The notes under the pieces: model-generated
The model's database searches: none
What the model was told of the DNA's origin: nothing
The model's input: the letters and a program-made list of their open reading frames with translations, nothing else
In this document: positions 40,301-54,900 of the stretch, piece after piece
Layout of the letters: the number at the start of each line of letters is the position of its first letter
Numbering within the stretch: the first letter of the stretch is position 1
Source of the DNA: Phoronis australis
Lineage: Eukaryota; Animalia; Phoronida
DNA: 64,000 nt
Assembly: GCA_002633005.1 (NCBI GenBank)
Contig: NMRA01000083.1
Coordinates: forward strand, 835,161-899,160
Direction: 5' to 3'
Position numbers and translations under genes: made by a program

Positions 40301-43300
40301 TAAATGAAACAACAAAGTAATGAAAACCTAATCACTAAATATGTGTTTTCCTATAATAATACACACGAGACAAAAGAGCATTTTTAATACTTAACTCAGT
40401 TACTGATTTTATGAACATCAACCAAGACATAACACTTAGACAGCAGTGAACAAACATAAAGCATGGATCCAACTGGCAATTCATTAAAAAGTTGTGCAGT
40501 GTGGAAATTCATCAAAAATTTCTACAGTTTACAAAAAACAAAAAGAGAATCCTAGTAGTGTCTCTCCTACCTGTGAACTATTCTCTGGATAAAGCTGGAA
40601 CACAGCTCTGCTACCACGGGTCTGAAACAAGAGTTGGTCATCATTAACAGAGGGTGAAAACAATGTGACAAGAGGTATTCTTCACTCAACATCATTGTGC
40701 ACAAAATTACATCCCGTTTACCTTTAACTTTACACTTGGCTGACCCCAATACACTAGAGCGTTCTCTGGAGTCACTGATGCTTGTGATGATCTTGTTGAT
40801 CACGAATGTGACAAGGAATGTTGCATGAACGATTTTCTGAGAATAAACGACTTCATTTGATTTTTGTTTCTGAGTGAAATGCAGCTTTAAGACAATGTTT
40901 CATTCCACGCTCACTAGGTGGTGCTAATGCATGAACAGCTAGTGAGCAGAAAGCAACTCATTAGCACATGGCATCTGTGAGACAAGTCCCACGTGAGTGA
41001 ACGAATGAGCATGTTTCTAGGGATGGGACTCTTGATGCATTGCTGCCACCTTGTGAATTTTGCGTTTCCTTGGAAAACTGGTACTTCTCAAATTTTCAAA
41101 AGCTGACAGACTTGTTACAAATAATGAAACAATTATTACTCAGATGTGAGGCAAGTTCAGATTATTGCAAAAAACTAACAGTTGATGATTCCTCGAGAAC
41201 ATACTTGTCACATAAAATGACACTTCCTGACAAGCCTACCTGTAGTGCATCATCACAAGCAATAATGAATAGTCACCTCTTTCAAGGCCCTTAAGCTGCT
41301 TCAGATTTGACAATGGAACATTTTAGGGACCCCTTTCAGAACAGCAAGTGGTCTAAATCAAGATTTGGTTTCTGTGACAGAAGACTGTTGCATGTAAGTA
41401 AAGCTCTGCTGTGGTTCCCGTACAATTCTACGAGGTGAACGTTAAATTAGCAATACTATGATGCATACACTCAGACAAATTTCAGGGTCCCAAATTGAAG
41501 AAACCAGTATGAACACCAAATGAATTTTTATGGTTAGTTATACCTACAATATTTGTAATACAAAATAAAGTATTAACAAGTCCAAAACAGATCGGAACAG
41601 ATTCAGTGTCCACTTACCATGCAAGCATATAATGTACTGAAAAACTTGTACATTCGTTTTGGAGGATTGTGAGACTTCTTATCCGCATTGCACAACCACT
41701 GAAGAGCTGAAATGCTAACAAACTATAACATTATCACCACACACTACGGCACAATTTAGGTAAAGATATTTTAATGAGGCAAAAAAAACAAAAAAACCGG
41801 GAATAACACTAATGTCAATGTTCTCATCAAAAGCATTTTTAAAATTTCCCACAGAGACAATCAATGAAGTCCAGTGACTACATGGTTATATCACAAACAC
41901 TACAAGTCACAAGCATTGGAACAAAATGACCCAGAATTTCCCCATCATGACGGCTGAGAGGAAGCAGAATTCAATGTCGGAGTAGTCTTCCCTCAAGACC
42001 GAAAATGAGGAACGAACAGGCAGGTTAGTAATGTGGCTAAACCACTCTGTAATTAGACGTTTCGTCACCATAATAGTTATTACCATTTTTGCTGTTAGCC
42101 GCCATGACAGATTGCTTTTGTCTCGTAGTGTAGGAATGCTAAACTTGCCATATGAAAAAAAAAACAGCAAAACAAAGAATTCCAACGCTAAACTTGTGCC
42201 AAAACAATAATTTTCAAAAATGGCGCTGCAGGGACTTAAGGGAAGTTTTAATTACAGGTTAGCATGGTTACTAATGTACCTGTGTGATTAAACAATAAGA
42301 GTTGGGAACCTGTGAAAAATGGGAACTGGCAATTTTAGTGAATATTTTTATTTAAACTTATCAGTTGTGTAAAAAAAATCACATTGTATAAGTAGGTCTA
42401 CCAGGATGTGGTACAATAATTGTAGAAAAAGTGTCTTTTTAGCACCTGACAATTATAAGAATGTTACCAAACTTGTTTGGTTTCCAAAGACTGAACAACA
42501 ACAACAGAGTATAACCATGTTACAGTACGCCGACATCTAGAGGCAATTTCATACACTGAGGAAAGCTTCAGTCTTTGAAGATGAACATTCCTGGTAATTT
42601 CTTGCAATTTTCAAGAGGCTTAGATACAAAACACCAATCCAATGTCCACAGATTACATGCAACAGAATTTAGTACAAAAACGACTTTAATGAACCAGTTC
42701 TTCCCAATGCAATGATGTCTTACCTGACAACACCATTAAATGTGCCAGCTCTGAAGGGCATACCCTGGCCCATATCATTCAAAATCAGGTCACCTTCCAC
42801 CTCACGCTCCACAGCTACATCTGAAACAAAGAAAATTACCAGCCAATCATCACAGTGAGGCCAATTTCTGGTAGGAGAGATGTGTCATAGTAAATAACCC
42901 ATTTCAAAATTAAATTACAAAATGGCACCGAATCAAGCCGATCTAGTACAAAGCCACTATGTGCACAAAATCAACGACTGCCATCATTCCGCACCCTTAC
43001 ACATGCGCATAACAACTTCCGGCTTTTCACTGTTTGCAAAATATTGTCAGGACACAAAGCTGACCAAGAACTATATTGCTGCAAGGCAGGTTTACCACCT
43101 GACCACAGCTATTAATAAGTTACCCAACATGGCTGCACTAATGTCTACTCCAACCCATAGATGGCCTTGCTCTGTTAAACATTCTCCACTTAGTCCGGAA
43201 CCACACCTAGAAAAATCAAAATGTTCACAGTACACTCTGGGGCATTCAAATTGCCAACTTTTGTGACTGAGTAAAACTGTATTGAAGGAGTTTCCAGATT

Positions 43301-46300
43301 TATAAAGAATTATATTGAGTGCAAACATTCTAGTCACCATACATTGGTTTGATTTCAAATCTACTTGTGCACAATAACCACCACGTGAAATATCAATGTC
43401 CACTTCCATTTCGGACGGACAGTATATACTTATGTGTAAGATGTGTTTTTACACAAAGTACAGAGTACCTGGCAAGAAAACCTTTGCATAATTACACATC
43501 AAGAAGCAAGAATAGTTACACTACCCGACATCCAATATGAAGCACGATTCATCTTCAGGCAAGGCAAGTAATTCGAGAGCTCTTTCTGACAACTGCTGTT
43601 GAATTTCTATCATTCGAGAACTGAAAATATAACCGCAACAAGCCACCAATAAATTTTTATTACACGAACTTTCATCTGAGCAACCAGAACTGACTGTAAA
43701 TCATTCTAAAAGTTGGTAATTGAGCAAGCACAAAATGAATATCAATGAAAGAAATATGTACTCCATCTAATCTTCACAATGTTTCCACTTTCTCACATTA
43801 TTCAGTGGAAGTAACTCATTCTTAATGGCTTCTGGATAATTTAGATGCAAGATTACCAAGACATTATTTACCAGTACTATTTACTATTTCTGACAAACAA
43901 AAGTTACATTCAATTATTAATAAATAACTACATTTCACAGAGCTACGACAAAGAAGGGGAGGGGTAGCACAGCCTCCTCAGTGTTCTCCACATTATAAAT
44001 TCCAAACTCGACGCAAATGTTGAATGTCAGTTATTGACATTGTTTTGTGTCTACCCATAAGCATGGTCATGCTGGAGGTATTTATATATGGTTTAAAACT
44101 GCACACTGCACTGGTGTGACCTACTTCTTAGACACTTCAAAGTTTAGCTTTCCTACCAATGCATCTCATAATTTCTCCAAAGCATTTGACAGACCNCTTT
44201 CATCTGAGCAACCAGAACTGACTGTAAATCATTCTAAAAGTTGGTAATTGAGCAAGCACAAAATGAATATCAATGAAAGTAATATGTAATCCATCTAATC
44301 TTCACAATGTTTCCACTTTCTCACATTATTCAGTGGAAGTAACTCATTCTTAATGGCTTCTAGATAATTTAGATGCAAGATTACCAAGACATTATTTACC
44401 AGTACTATTTACTATTTCTGACAAACAAAAGTTACGTTCAATTATTAATAAATAACTACATTTCACAGAGCTACGACAAAGAAGGGGAGGGGTAGCACAG
44501 CCTGTGAAAAGGTCATGTAATAAGGTTATTTGGAAAACCTCCTGTATTTTCATGGCCCTAAATTGCCTCGTGGAGGTGAACGTTACCTGCACATGTGCAG
44601 ACTTCAGTCATGTAGGAAGTCATGTGACTTTCGAACTGGAGAATGATTGGCCGTATGACAAGTAATGTTCACTTCAATGAAAATTTGAGGCTATGAAAAT
44701 ACAGGTGTTTCGAATGGTTAGGTTTAATTTTCATTGATTAATGGAACGAAATAACATTCAAGCATTACAATTGGTTGATGTTGAGAACTGCATTGATAGG
44801 TATACTGAACCATCCACTGAGAAATAAATAGAGGTGACCCTACAGTGGTAGAGGCAGCACTCGATCTCAGATTGTGTTTGGCAATCTGGGAAAAATTCCA
44901 AGTCACCACATGGTCGCTACTGCGAGTATCAAAGTCAAACAATAATTTCCTCTAAATTCGTTTCAAGGTTCGTGTTGACTTTGAGACTTTAAATTACTAA
45001 CAGTTTTCAGGGTTTCCCCTGGGTTTTGAAAGGAGCATGTTGGTGAATGGCCAAAACAGGATGTAAAGCCCGTTGCCACATGCGAATATGGAAGGTGGGA
45101 TCCCCCTATTGCCTGGGTTTCGAAAGGAGCGTGGTGGTGAATGGTCACAGCTGATGCAGGAACCAGCGCCACATGCGAGCATGGGAAGTGAGATCTTCCC
45201 GGGCGCGGGGGGTGGGGGGGGGTTTGGTACACCTTCCCCAGGCAAAATTTGAAAAACTACATGTACTTGGAGTCAGTTTGGTGCATTCTACAAGTTTACT
45301 CATCATAGACAAGACTTTAACCGAGGATCGTGTAGTGGAAGTATCTGGGTAAAGGATACTTTGCAAGACAAATTTTCAATGAAGCGTCATAGTGTGATCT
45401 CTGTATGAACAGTTTTGTATCACTCTAACATATTTTAATCTCCAAAAAAACTTGTGTTAGGAACCGAACTCGACAGGACAGGGATTCACAGTACCCGATA
45501 GAAATTATGGCGCCTCATCAGGAATATTTTGCTTGGAATGAAAAAGAACAGATTGCAATGTTAAATACACATTTATTTGCCTGTTTCGTGGAACTTCACA
45601 AAATAACAAATCCCTAATTCAACTATTAAACTTAGTAAATATCACTGAAGGGATAGAATAAGCAAACTTAAACAAAGCAGAGCATGGCATAGGCATGTTA
45701 CAACTCAAGCGATGCCAAACGAGCTGCATATTACAGACCATGAAACCACAAAATAGACACAGTTGTAGACACAGTTGAGTACCTTGCTTCTCAGGTGTCA
45801 AACAGCATGACCTTTGACCTTTCACCTGGTGTCATACTTGAGAATGGCTAAAGCACTAGTCATGTGACCATTGTCAAAGAATCTGATTGGTTGACAGAGA
45901 GAAAATATCCCCTTCATAACAAAAAACATTTTAAACAAAATGATGTTAAATTATTATAGTAATATACATATTATCTCTTAAATAAATTATTCAGTTACAC
46001 TTGTTTCTGAAGACCAGAAAGTATCATCATTCACCATTTTAACCCATCTGCATGAAAACGAAACTTTGAAATAAAACGTGCAGAAAGGGACACATAATTT
46101 TGTAACGAGCTGTGAAGTAAAAAGATTAATAGAAATCATAATTATAAGCTCGACTGACCTATGGGAACAGTGTACAATAAAATAATTCGTCAAACTCTAT
46201 AGTCCAAGAAACAAATAAAGTTTGCAGTTTAGTGTCCCTTTTCTCTACCGCAATTTTCATGTAATTAGTTTCAAGGTTATTCAGTAAAACTGAGCAAGTT

Positions 46301-49300
46301 TTGTAAACTTTCCACATCAGATCAAAAAACTTGGAATAATGTATTCAGTTTTGCTATGACATTTTTATACAAAAATGCAGCTAACCTAAATACTGTGGCC
46401 CACGTCGATACTAAACCCCGTTTTAGTATTTTAACATATGGGCAATTCCATTTGTGATGGACGTACAATCAGAGAACATTTTGATCAATTGTGAAAAAAA
46501 TGTTCATCCTAGGAAAATAATTAATACATCAATTGATAGGTCTCACTGATAGCTTTCAAAGCATGTATCAACTTTCCCCCAATCTTTTAATCTGAGAAAA
46601 TTGTCTTTAAAGGGGTGTGACGGACGTACACAGAGAATTTGATTTTTTAAAAAAAATTTTAAAGTTTAATTTTCTGAGTTGCATTAAGTTACAATTTTAT
46701 GTTTTACATGATGATTTAGTGGAATGTTTACAAAGTACAACACACTAATTTTTTTGATGATATCTGCTAAGAAATTTTTGTCAGAGAGCTCACCATAAGT
46801 TGAGTTACTGTGACGGACGGACGTGATGGACGTACACTCTGAATTTTTAGTATTGAATTGTTTGTTGTGACTAAGATATCAATTCAGAGGGACTCAAACT
46901 CATCACATGTCGGGAGGGCTACACTAGGAATATACTCTAGAAAAACACAAAAAGAGTGCCTACAGTGAGTGAGGATGTGGCAAAAATGCTCAATAAAGTA
47001 GATGAGATTCTTACCGCTTGAAAATTCCCGGTATCGGCTTTTTCAACACGAACACAACAGCAGGTCAAAGTTGATTCATTCCAGTGCAATAGCAACTTGA
47101 CATGTATTCCTTTAGGTCTCTTGTCATTTGCTATACTCTAGAGCACCTTAGTATTTCTTTTGTATGAATATTTTTGCATCTTGAATTTCCCAAAAGCTAA
47201 GCATTTCTGTACTAACACGAGGTACCAACAGAAAAACAATAAGTTCATTAAATTAACATTTTGTTTTTTTACATTTTATACTGTGGTACAAATTTTGATT
47301 TTAATAAGTTGAATTCTACTAAGTATAACTAGATGACATTGTAAACTATAACTTTTCTGCAAATACTTTTGAAATTGAAAAAAATCAATGCATTTAGTTA
47401 AAATCTCTAACAACTTCTTCACTTAACTTTAAAGATGTCATTGTAATATTTTATGGTTTTAAGGTTCTTGCAAGTTTAGAAAGTAAAAATATGACCTAAG
47501 GTTATTTTCATTGGCTGAAAAATTGCAATTTCATGGGTGTGACAAACGTACGTGACAAACGTACAGATTTGCTGTACGTCTGTCACACAATTTCTGACTA
47601 AACGAATAATCCGTGGGATCCAAAATTTTGGTCAGTAGTATTGAGTAACAAGTTAAAAGAGAATCTGAAATTATTTTAATTTTGATTAAAAACTTTTAAC
47701 GTAACTAAACTTTTTAACACTTCTTTGTGATGGACATACCACACCATGAGTTGACCTTTGACCCCATGAGGTCATTGATGTGCCAAAGTTGAAATGTTAT
47801 TTTTTATAAAGTTTGGGGTTCATGTGATTGCACAAAAAGTTTTTGCGTCGAGGTTGATCTTTTTACGGACTTGCGTGGCGGTGAAGTTTTCCCAGTTACG
47901 ATTAGGTGTGTGGCGGTCAATTTGGGCACAATTTATGAGTGGCGGGCCGCCCAGATGTTTAAGCGCAGGGGAAACCCTGGTTTTTATAGACTTATTACTT
48001 TTGATTCATAATTGTTATGCTTATTTCATGAATGAAGCACATCTGACACCACATTTAAATTAGAGCAGAAAGTAAACAGACAGAAGTCGGAATTGTTCGG
48101 CAAAAATCATGCAAGATCGGCTGAATTCGCGCCACCAGTACATGCGGTCGTCTGTGCTCTATGCTCAATCGTTGGCAGGAGGAATAATTGAGTTAGAGAA
48201 TCAACATACGTAGATTTATGGGGAAATTAGAAAAGCAGAAGGAGAGTGGATGTCGTCACAACCGTACCTTTTTTGTCAACGAAAAGTTTACAACGTTCAG
48301 TTTTGGCAAACTCAGATTTTGTTTGACGACCTGGGATTTTGCCAGCTAGGTTGCAAAATGCAACTTGGCGTTTACCTAAGTGTCAAACGCTGACAGAGAT
48401 AAAAGTCTGTGTAGGAAATCAACCATTAGAACAGGTTAGTTTTCCGACAAGGCAACCAATACCTTAAATCAATACCACAAATACCGGATTTTTATTGTAT
48501 TCCCCTCTCGCTACTCATCTGCATGGATCCTAGTACTAAGAAAAGTGAAAAGAGATGAAACGTAAACTAGAAACTTTATTCAATTTAACAACAAATCACT
48601 AATCAGTCACAATTTCAAAAAGTTTATTCATCATAGTGATTGCGGATGTCCCCGATGGCGATGTAGATGACCCCCCTACTTGATTAGGATACTAATTAAC
48701 CACTCGATGTGAATGCTCCGAGCCGTCGTCTGAACTCCCCCCATCCCCCCTTTCTGCACACTGCTGTCACCCAAACACATTCGGACACCACTCACTCACT
48801 TAGTAAACAAGGTACCTAAACTACACGGTCCACGGACTCATAAACACGGGCACGGATGCATGAACACGACTCACGGACCTGCAAACACTGTCCACTGACT
48901 CACAAACACGGGAACGGACTCACAAAACACGATCCACGCACCCAAAAACACGGACTCATATTCACGAGGAAACACGGTTAACGGACCCCCAAACATGGGT
49001 CACGGACTCATCGGCTTCCTGGGTCAGCTGACATCTTCAGTTCATTTACCGCGTTTCCTCGTGAATATGAGTCCGTGTCCCGTGTTTTTGGGTGCGTGGA
49101 TCGTGTTTTGTGAGTCCGTTCCCGTGTTTGTGAGTCTGTGGACGGTGTTTGCAGGTCCGTGAATCGTGTAGTTTAGGTACCTTGGTAAACACGTGTGCGT
49201 GTCGTGGGTGCATCACTCACATGTTCGTTATGGCGATTAGTTATCAGTTTTGTTTACCATTTTGTTTACTTACTTTGATGTGTACTTGCGAGCTTCGTCT

Positions 49301-49433
49301 TCATTGTAAAACTGAAAAAAACAAGCACGATTAAATACCTTCCTCTGGAGACAGTTTGAAAGATACAATTCATATCAGCTAAAATACTTACCAGTTCTGG
49401 AGGAGCTCGGTGCTCGGGCCGACTTCCCGACAT
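37374..49433 (-). CDS. BUD23: 18S rRNA (guanine-N7)-methyltransferase BUD23/WBSCR22
   Basis: Phase-consistent exons (5' to 3'): 49433-49392, 49311-49274, 43620-43525, 43206-43124, 42820-42724, 41714-41618, 40621-40571, 39845-39760, 38675-38577, 37907-37818, 37428-37374 (TAG). Peptides: [34 protein letters not shown]; ILDVGCGSGLSG (SAM motif I); [13 protein letters not shown]; [11 protein letters not shown]; [19 protein letters not shown]; [14 protein letters not shown]; [10 protein letters not shown]. Confidence 0.97.
43670..44503. repeat. ~305-bp near-identical direct duplication (43670-43975 / 44197-44503) next to a single N; probable assembly artefact
   Basis: The second copy starts immediately after the n at 44196 and differs at only a few bases. 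Confidence 0.8.
45000..45325 (-). repeat. Dispersed repeat, homologous (inverted) to 61612-61905
   Basis: Shared tgtctatgatgag-aaacttgtagaa, ttcaaattttgcc-gggga, ccattcaccaccac-ctcctttc-aaacccaggcaatag. Confidence 0.8.
46440..47745. mobile_element. Probable DNA-transposon relic with recurring GTGACGGACGTAC motifs in BUD23 intron 2
   Basis: Begins GGGCAATTCCA. The motif gtga(c/t)ggacgtac recurs at ~46454, 46617, 46810, 46823, 47539 and 47728, with an inverted copy at ~47575. Superfamily not determined. Confidence 0.4.
48808..49184. mobile_element. Foldback MITE with internal CACGGAC-type repeats in BUD23 intron 2
   Basis: Terminal inverted repeat CAAGGTACCTAAACTACACG / CGTGTAGTTTAGGTACCTTG, long internal inverted arms, and a flanking 5-bp direct repeat GTAAA. 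Confidence 0.8.
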
Positions 49434-51965
49434 TTTTCTTAATCCGGTAGGTAGCGCTTCTTCAGATGTAATCGTTGGTTCACAATTTAGTTTGGTATCT
49501 ACCCGGGGGGTCACTGGCATGCAGATCTCTTTGGTTGTGAATTGGTGGATTGGCATGCATGTGATATGTGCGCTTTCATTCTTTTAAATCTAGTACACGT
49601 TACTTCAGTAGGAAGTCCTCTGTCGTTGCTCAAAAAGCAGGCCACTACAGGTACTGTGTGTGTTATCGTGCACCGCTCCAGAGAGTCCTTCCAACGAGCA
49701 GTGTGACCGGTGGCGGATTAAGAGAGGGGCCACCATGGCCACCCTAACATTCTCCCAGATTGCACTTGATAGTTTGGAGGTGGGAACGTCTGATGGGAAA
49801 ATTAAATCCAGGCTAATACTCTGCCCCCCAACTCAATCCTGGATCCGCCCTGCATATCATTCGGTGTAAGTAGGATTATACCTAAAAATCTTTCATTAGT
49901 GTTCAACCGGAAGAAAGTCCTTTTCTTGTAAATTTTTATCAATGGTGCACAACCTCGCAGACTTCATGTTGATGGAAGAGACTTGTTTACACGATTACTA
50001 CTTAATTTGATCCTACTATCGGAGTTCCCGACTGGCGAAACGACGATGTTCACACACGGCAAGTCCGATTGTTTACTACTCCGAGTGTCTCGATGAGGTG
50101 GAACTGACATTCATTAACTATTGTACTTGTGTGCATTTAGTAACCATTTAAGAGCCATTCCACAACAAAATCAAAAAATCCAGTCCTTAGGGGTCATCTC
50201 ATAGTGTGGCTCGCGTCAGTGCACGGACCTTTTGCGTACCGAAAACGGCAATTTTCCAATACAAAAACACGTAGATTGCATGAAATGAAAGAAAAAACAT
50301 AATGGGATCAAGAAGTGGGGCATCAATGTCTGAAATACAAAATGATAAATTATCCGTAAAATCGCATGGTGTATTTAATGGTTATTTATGTATCAAATTT
50401 TGACTTTATATCGGTCCGCGGCCATCTTGCGATGTCAGCAGCTAGGTTACGGATTTAAAGTGCTTAAACATTATTTTCACAATTATTCTAGCAGTAAAAT
50501 TTAGTAACACATAACTTTATCTACCATTCTGTACAATCCAAGAAATTAATCATACAGGTGTAAATTATTGAATTGAGTGGTTGAAGTGCTCACAATTCAC
50601 GTTGGACAACATGACTTTTCTGAACTGAAGGCATACCGGCTACATTGTCATCGGTTGTGGGCTACAGGGAAAAATGCGGTTCGGCTGTGTACGAGGTGGT
50701 TCTTAGGAACAGAACAAGAGATGAGTCTTGACAAGTATATTGAACACTGCAAACAGTTACATGAGGAGAACAACGCTCAATGCGGAGAAACACTTAAATA
50801 ATGCTCATTTACACGTGAACTGAGAATGGAGAAACACGAATTAACAAATTAAATAAGATGAACAAAAAAGGAATGGACTATGCTCACAAACAAACATAAT
50901 ACGAAGCATCACTAATCTTCTACTTTAAGAAAGTGGCAGTAAATAACAACAGAAAGTTACGTAATACGATGACTAAACTAACCGGTGCAAAAACACAATA
51001 ACACATTCTACGATATTGAAAAAAGAGCGACAGATGATTCCATTATCTCCCTTGTCCGAGACGGATCCCTGGAGAAATGCAGTTTTGAATTCCATAAAAT
51101 TGTCTTCTTGAATTTAAAAATCAAGTGAATTAACATGCTCTGCAAATGCTGTGCTTATAACTTTCCGACATTTTCGAAAGACACGTACGAATAATTAAGT
51201 ACACGATCTATGCTGCAAAAACGGGGCACCCTCACAAAAATGTCTTGAATAGAGCCCTAAAAGGTGGTACTGAATGGTAGTTGACAAATGCTCTGTTGGA
51301 CTTTCACTCTTCTCCATGTTCCGCCGTTTCGGTCTTTTCTCTTGCATTAATAGCACAGGTAGGATCATGAATTCCCAGCGTTTTGAATTGTAAACATTGA
51401 CGTGGAGTGCATTACTCTTAAGAAAAATGAAAATAGTTTTTGTGTAGTCAGAGCTTCCCCAGAATTGCCTCCCAGAATAATCCCTCAAATGTGCCCGTAA
51501 ATAAAAATGAGCAAATGAAATTCAAAGCAGTGTGTCAGTACTCAATAGTTTATTCACGAACAGTTAATACAGAATAAGTGATACATAGAAAGGTGGAAGT
51601 CAGATGGTGTGACGCCATGCTTACAGCAGTGAGAGAAGTGGCACCCACACATAACGTGGGCGCATAAGAACATACTTATCATCATTTCAACAGCACACAG
51701 CAAAATAACTCAACTGAAACCATGTGTCCACTAGATCACCAATGTTCACCACAAGAGCAACTGAGGACAACCCCCAACCACTTCCGCACACCATACGAAC
51801 TTTCAACATGATCCTATATTGAAATCTGCCTCAGTTCCATCCAAACAGTCAAGCATTGGCCACACATTGAGTATTTCAGAACCAATATACACATGATGCG
51901 TCAGTTAAACAGCACCACACAGTAACAACCTTAGACCCGATGGCACTCTTCAACATAACCACCTG

Positions 51966-54900
51966 TCACCTGTGCGGTGCTAGATCAAACGTAAACACCT
52001 TGTTGCCTGTCTTGCACTGTATTTCTGACACTACTGCAGATAACGAATCTGGGTCTTCTGCTTGCAACTTGTCCACAGCATTCTGTGAATGAGAAATATT
52101 TTTTAAGAAATGCTTTTACACATAGCACTGCTTTCCACATAGGCAGTCAACACTCCTTGATTCATTCCCTTTCACTCATTTATGTTTTTTCCTCATGTTC
52201 TGTCTTTAACGAGCAGAGAAGTCTACAGGGAAGCAAGAGATGATCCATGCACAGCGCACAATCCGCTAGTGAATGCAGTTTTCCAACTCATGTTTCATAA
52301 GACAGCCTACAATCCAAACCATCGTCAGCACTACATTGTCCTCCCTATACAGCCATTGAGATCATAAGCAAAGAACATGCCTAGTGGGCATAAACAGGGA
52401 AAGCATTTTCAGAATCTACAGCCAGGGCACACACTTGGAGAAAATATGCAAGGTTGAATCCAAAATGTTCCAGTTTCATACAAACTGAACACCAAAACAT
52501 TTACGAAACCAATAAATTAATTTTTCAATCTTAATCATATAACAGGTTATTCTAATGAGAAGAATGTCTCGCGAATCTTCCATTTGAGTGCTGGCTACAG
52601 TCTTCCTGTATATTAGACACTATAAACTATACACCTAGGTGTATATTTGGTCCTAACAATGCTATCTGGCAAATATGCCATGTCGACTCCGCTATAAAGC
52701 AATCATCTCCTCAGCTAGGAACACAAACCCTTTGTAAAGCAGTGTTTAGTTACACAGACCAATTGGGACAGTTGTGTGACAAAGACTACGGCTAAACAAG
52801 AACTGCTTAGACTGACCATGCATGTCAATTTCAAAAGGCCGTGATTTACAACCGTCCCCAAAATTCTAAGCCAGTATGCGAACCAGTTATCCCCTCCAAG
52901 CCCAAAATGGCTGCCTAGGCTTCTTACCTGTAATACTAAGTGCTTTTGATGGAGATCATCTGTTACATCACCAAGTGCCCAGCATACACTGATATGGTAT
53001 GATGGATCCTGAAAAAGATGGTAAACACTTTCATTTGAGGGTACAGTTTGCAAGCCAAAAGTTGGGTGATTACAATAAAAATTCTTAGCTTGTTACCCCA
53101 TACACAAACATTGCATCAATCCATGCGTATAACATAACCGGGTGCAGGCACAATGCAATAGCTTGAAAAACAGAGAAGAAAATCTACTGCTTGCCTAGAG
53201 ATGAGAAATGAAATTTCAATTTACAAACTTGCAAAAGCAGGAGTGACACATCAAAAAACTACTACAGCACTGGACACTTATATGTTAGCACCAAGTATGC
53301 AGCAACGGTTAATCACACCTCAGTGTTGTCTGTTTACAGTTTTAATGGACACTCTGTCCAGCCCACAAGTTATGATTGTTCAACAACAATATAAAGCAGT
53401 TAAGCACCATGGAGGTCTATTAAAGTAATTTCACCTTATAAAATACTGGAAGGTTGAAGTCCTTTAGCACCAAGTCAACACAGTCAGTAACTTTCTTGAG
53501 TGTTGTCTCTCCAGCTCCCACCTTAAGGCCAACAAAGGATCTTGTGCACTCATCATTGGTATAAAACTGTACAGACTGGAATTCCACGACAAACCTGAAA
53601 CAAGAGTTGCGAACACGGAGTGCAACAAAATGTCCACACCAACATGCCAAGAATTGTATGATAAACTTGGCCTAACTCAAAATCCAACTGCTGCCTGCCG
53701 GTTTGTTAATTGGCTCAATTATGTTGCACACCCAACAGACTTAATGAGCAGCATAATATGGCAACACTTTACAGAAGTTTTAGTTTGTAAAAGTCACAAT
53801 TCTTGTCCGATTTTCAAAATTCAACAGCCTAATCACATGTACTTTTCACGAACTATTCAAATATGCTATTTAAAAACTTCCAATAAATACAAAAATGTAA
53901 AAATACTATTGTCGCCCCCAGAGTGTTTATGATGGGTCTGATTAACTAGAGAACGATAACACCAGCAGCTTGAAGTGATGTAATAAAGTACAAAAGCGTG
54001 GTATCTTTGATCAATGCTGCAGATTTTGAGGTATGCAAACCGGTCGAATTGCCCAATTTCGACTGTTGAGGGTGTCTACGTACATGTAGGATTCTTTTCA
54101 TGAATGCATTGTACATCATTACAAAATATCCACCTTTAACGATATACGAGATAGTCACAGACTGCATCTATCCTCACTAAAGGTGATGTAAGGAGGGGAC
54201 TGCACATGGATGTGTGATAATCATGAACAGATTAAAGTTCAGAGAAATGAGGTCCAATCGCAGAATTTCAATGATATGTGCAACAGCATTTCATAAGGCA
54301 GCATGCTTTTTAAAATTTTTGTTGAAATCCCCTTTGAAATGTAGGAGTTGTACTAGATGAGCATTTCCCTTCAAATATGTGTGAAAATTCAAGTATGGCC
54401 ACAATTAAACAATGCCAAATTGCAAAATGGTCAATGATATGCGCAAAGACACTTTGTAAGCATACTTGTTTGAAAGTTTGGTGAAAATCTAAGAAATGTA
54501 AGAAGAGTTGTGCACAGAACAACATTTCACTACACAGATGTATGAAAATCAAGTACTGGCCAAAATTCAGTAAAATACGATCAACTCCCAAAATGCAAAC
54601 ATGAGCTAAGGCACTTGGTCAAAATCTGCTTTGAAAAGCAGGAGTTACACAGAGAAGAGCACGTCTTTAACACTAAACCAGAATGTCATTGAGTACAACA
54701 GCAGCTATGTTTCTAAAACAATCCCAGCCACCATCATTCATTACCTACTAGGCCTTCTTTAAACATAACCTCCATTAGTTTGGAGACAACCCCACGACAT
54801 TCCCACCCAAAGGACATATCCGAATATGTTGCTTTATACCACAATTGCTTTATACCACAAGCAATTTTTTCTCAAGAAATTTCAACTGTTCTGCGTCTTT

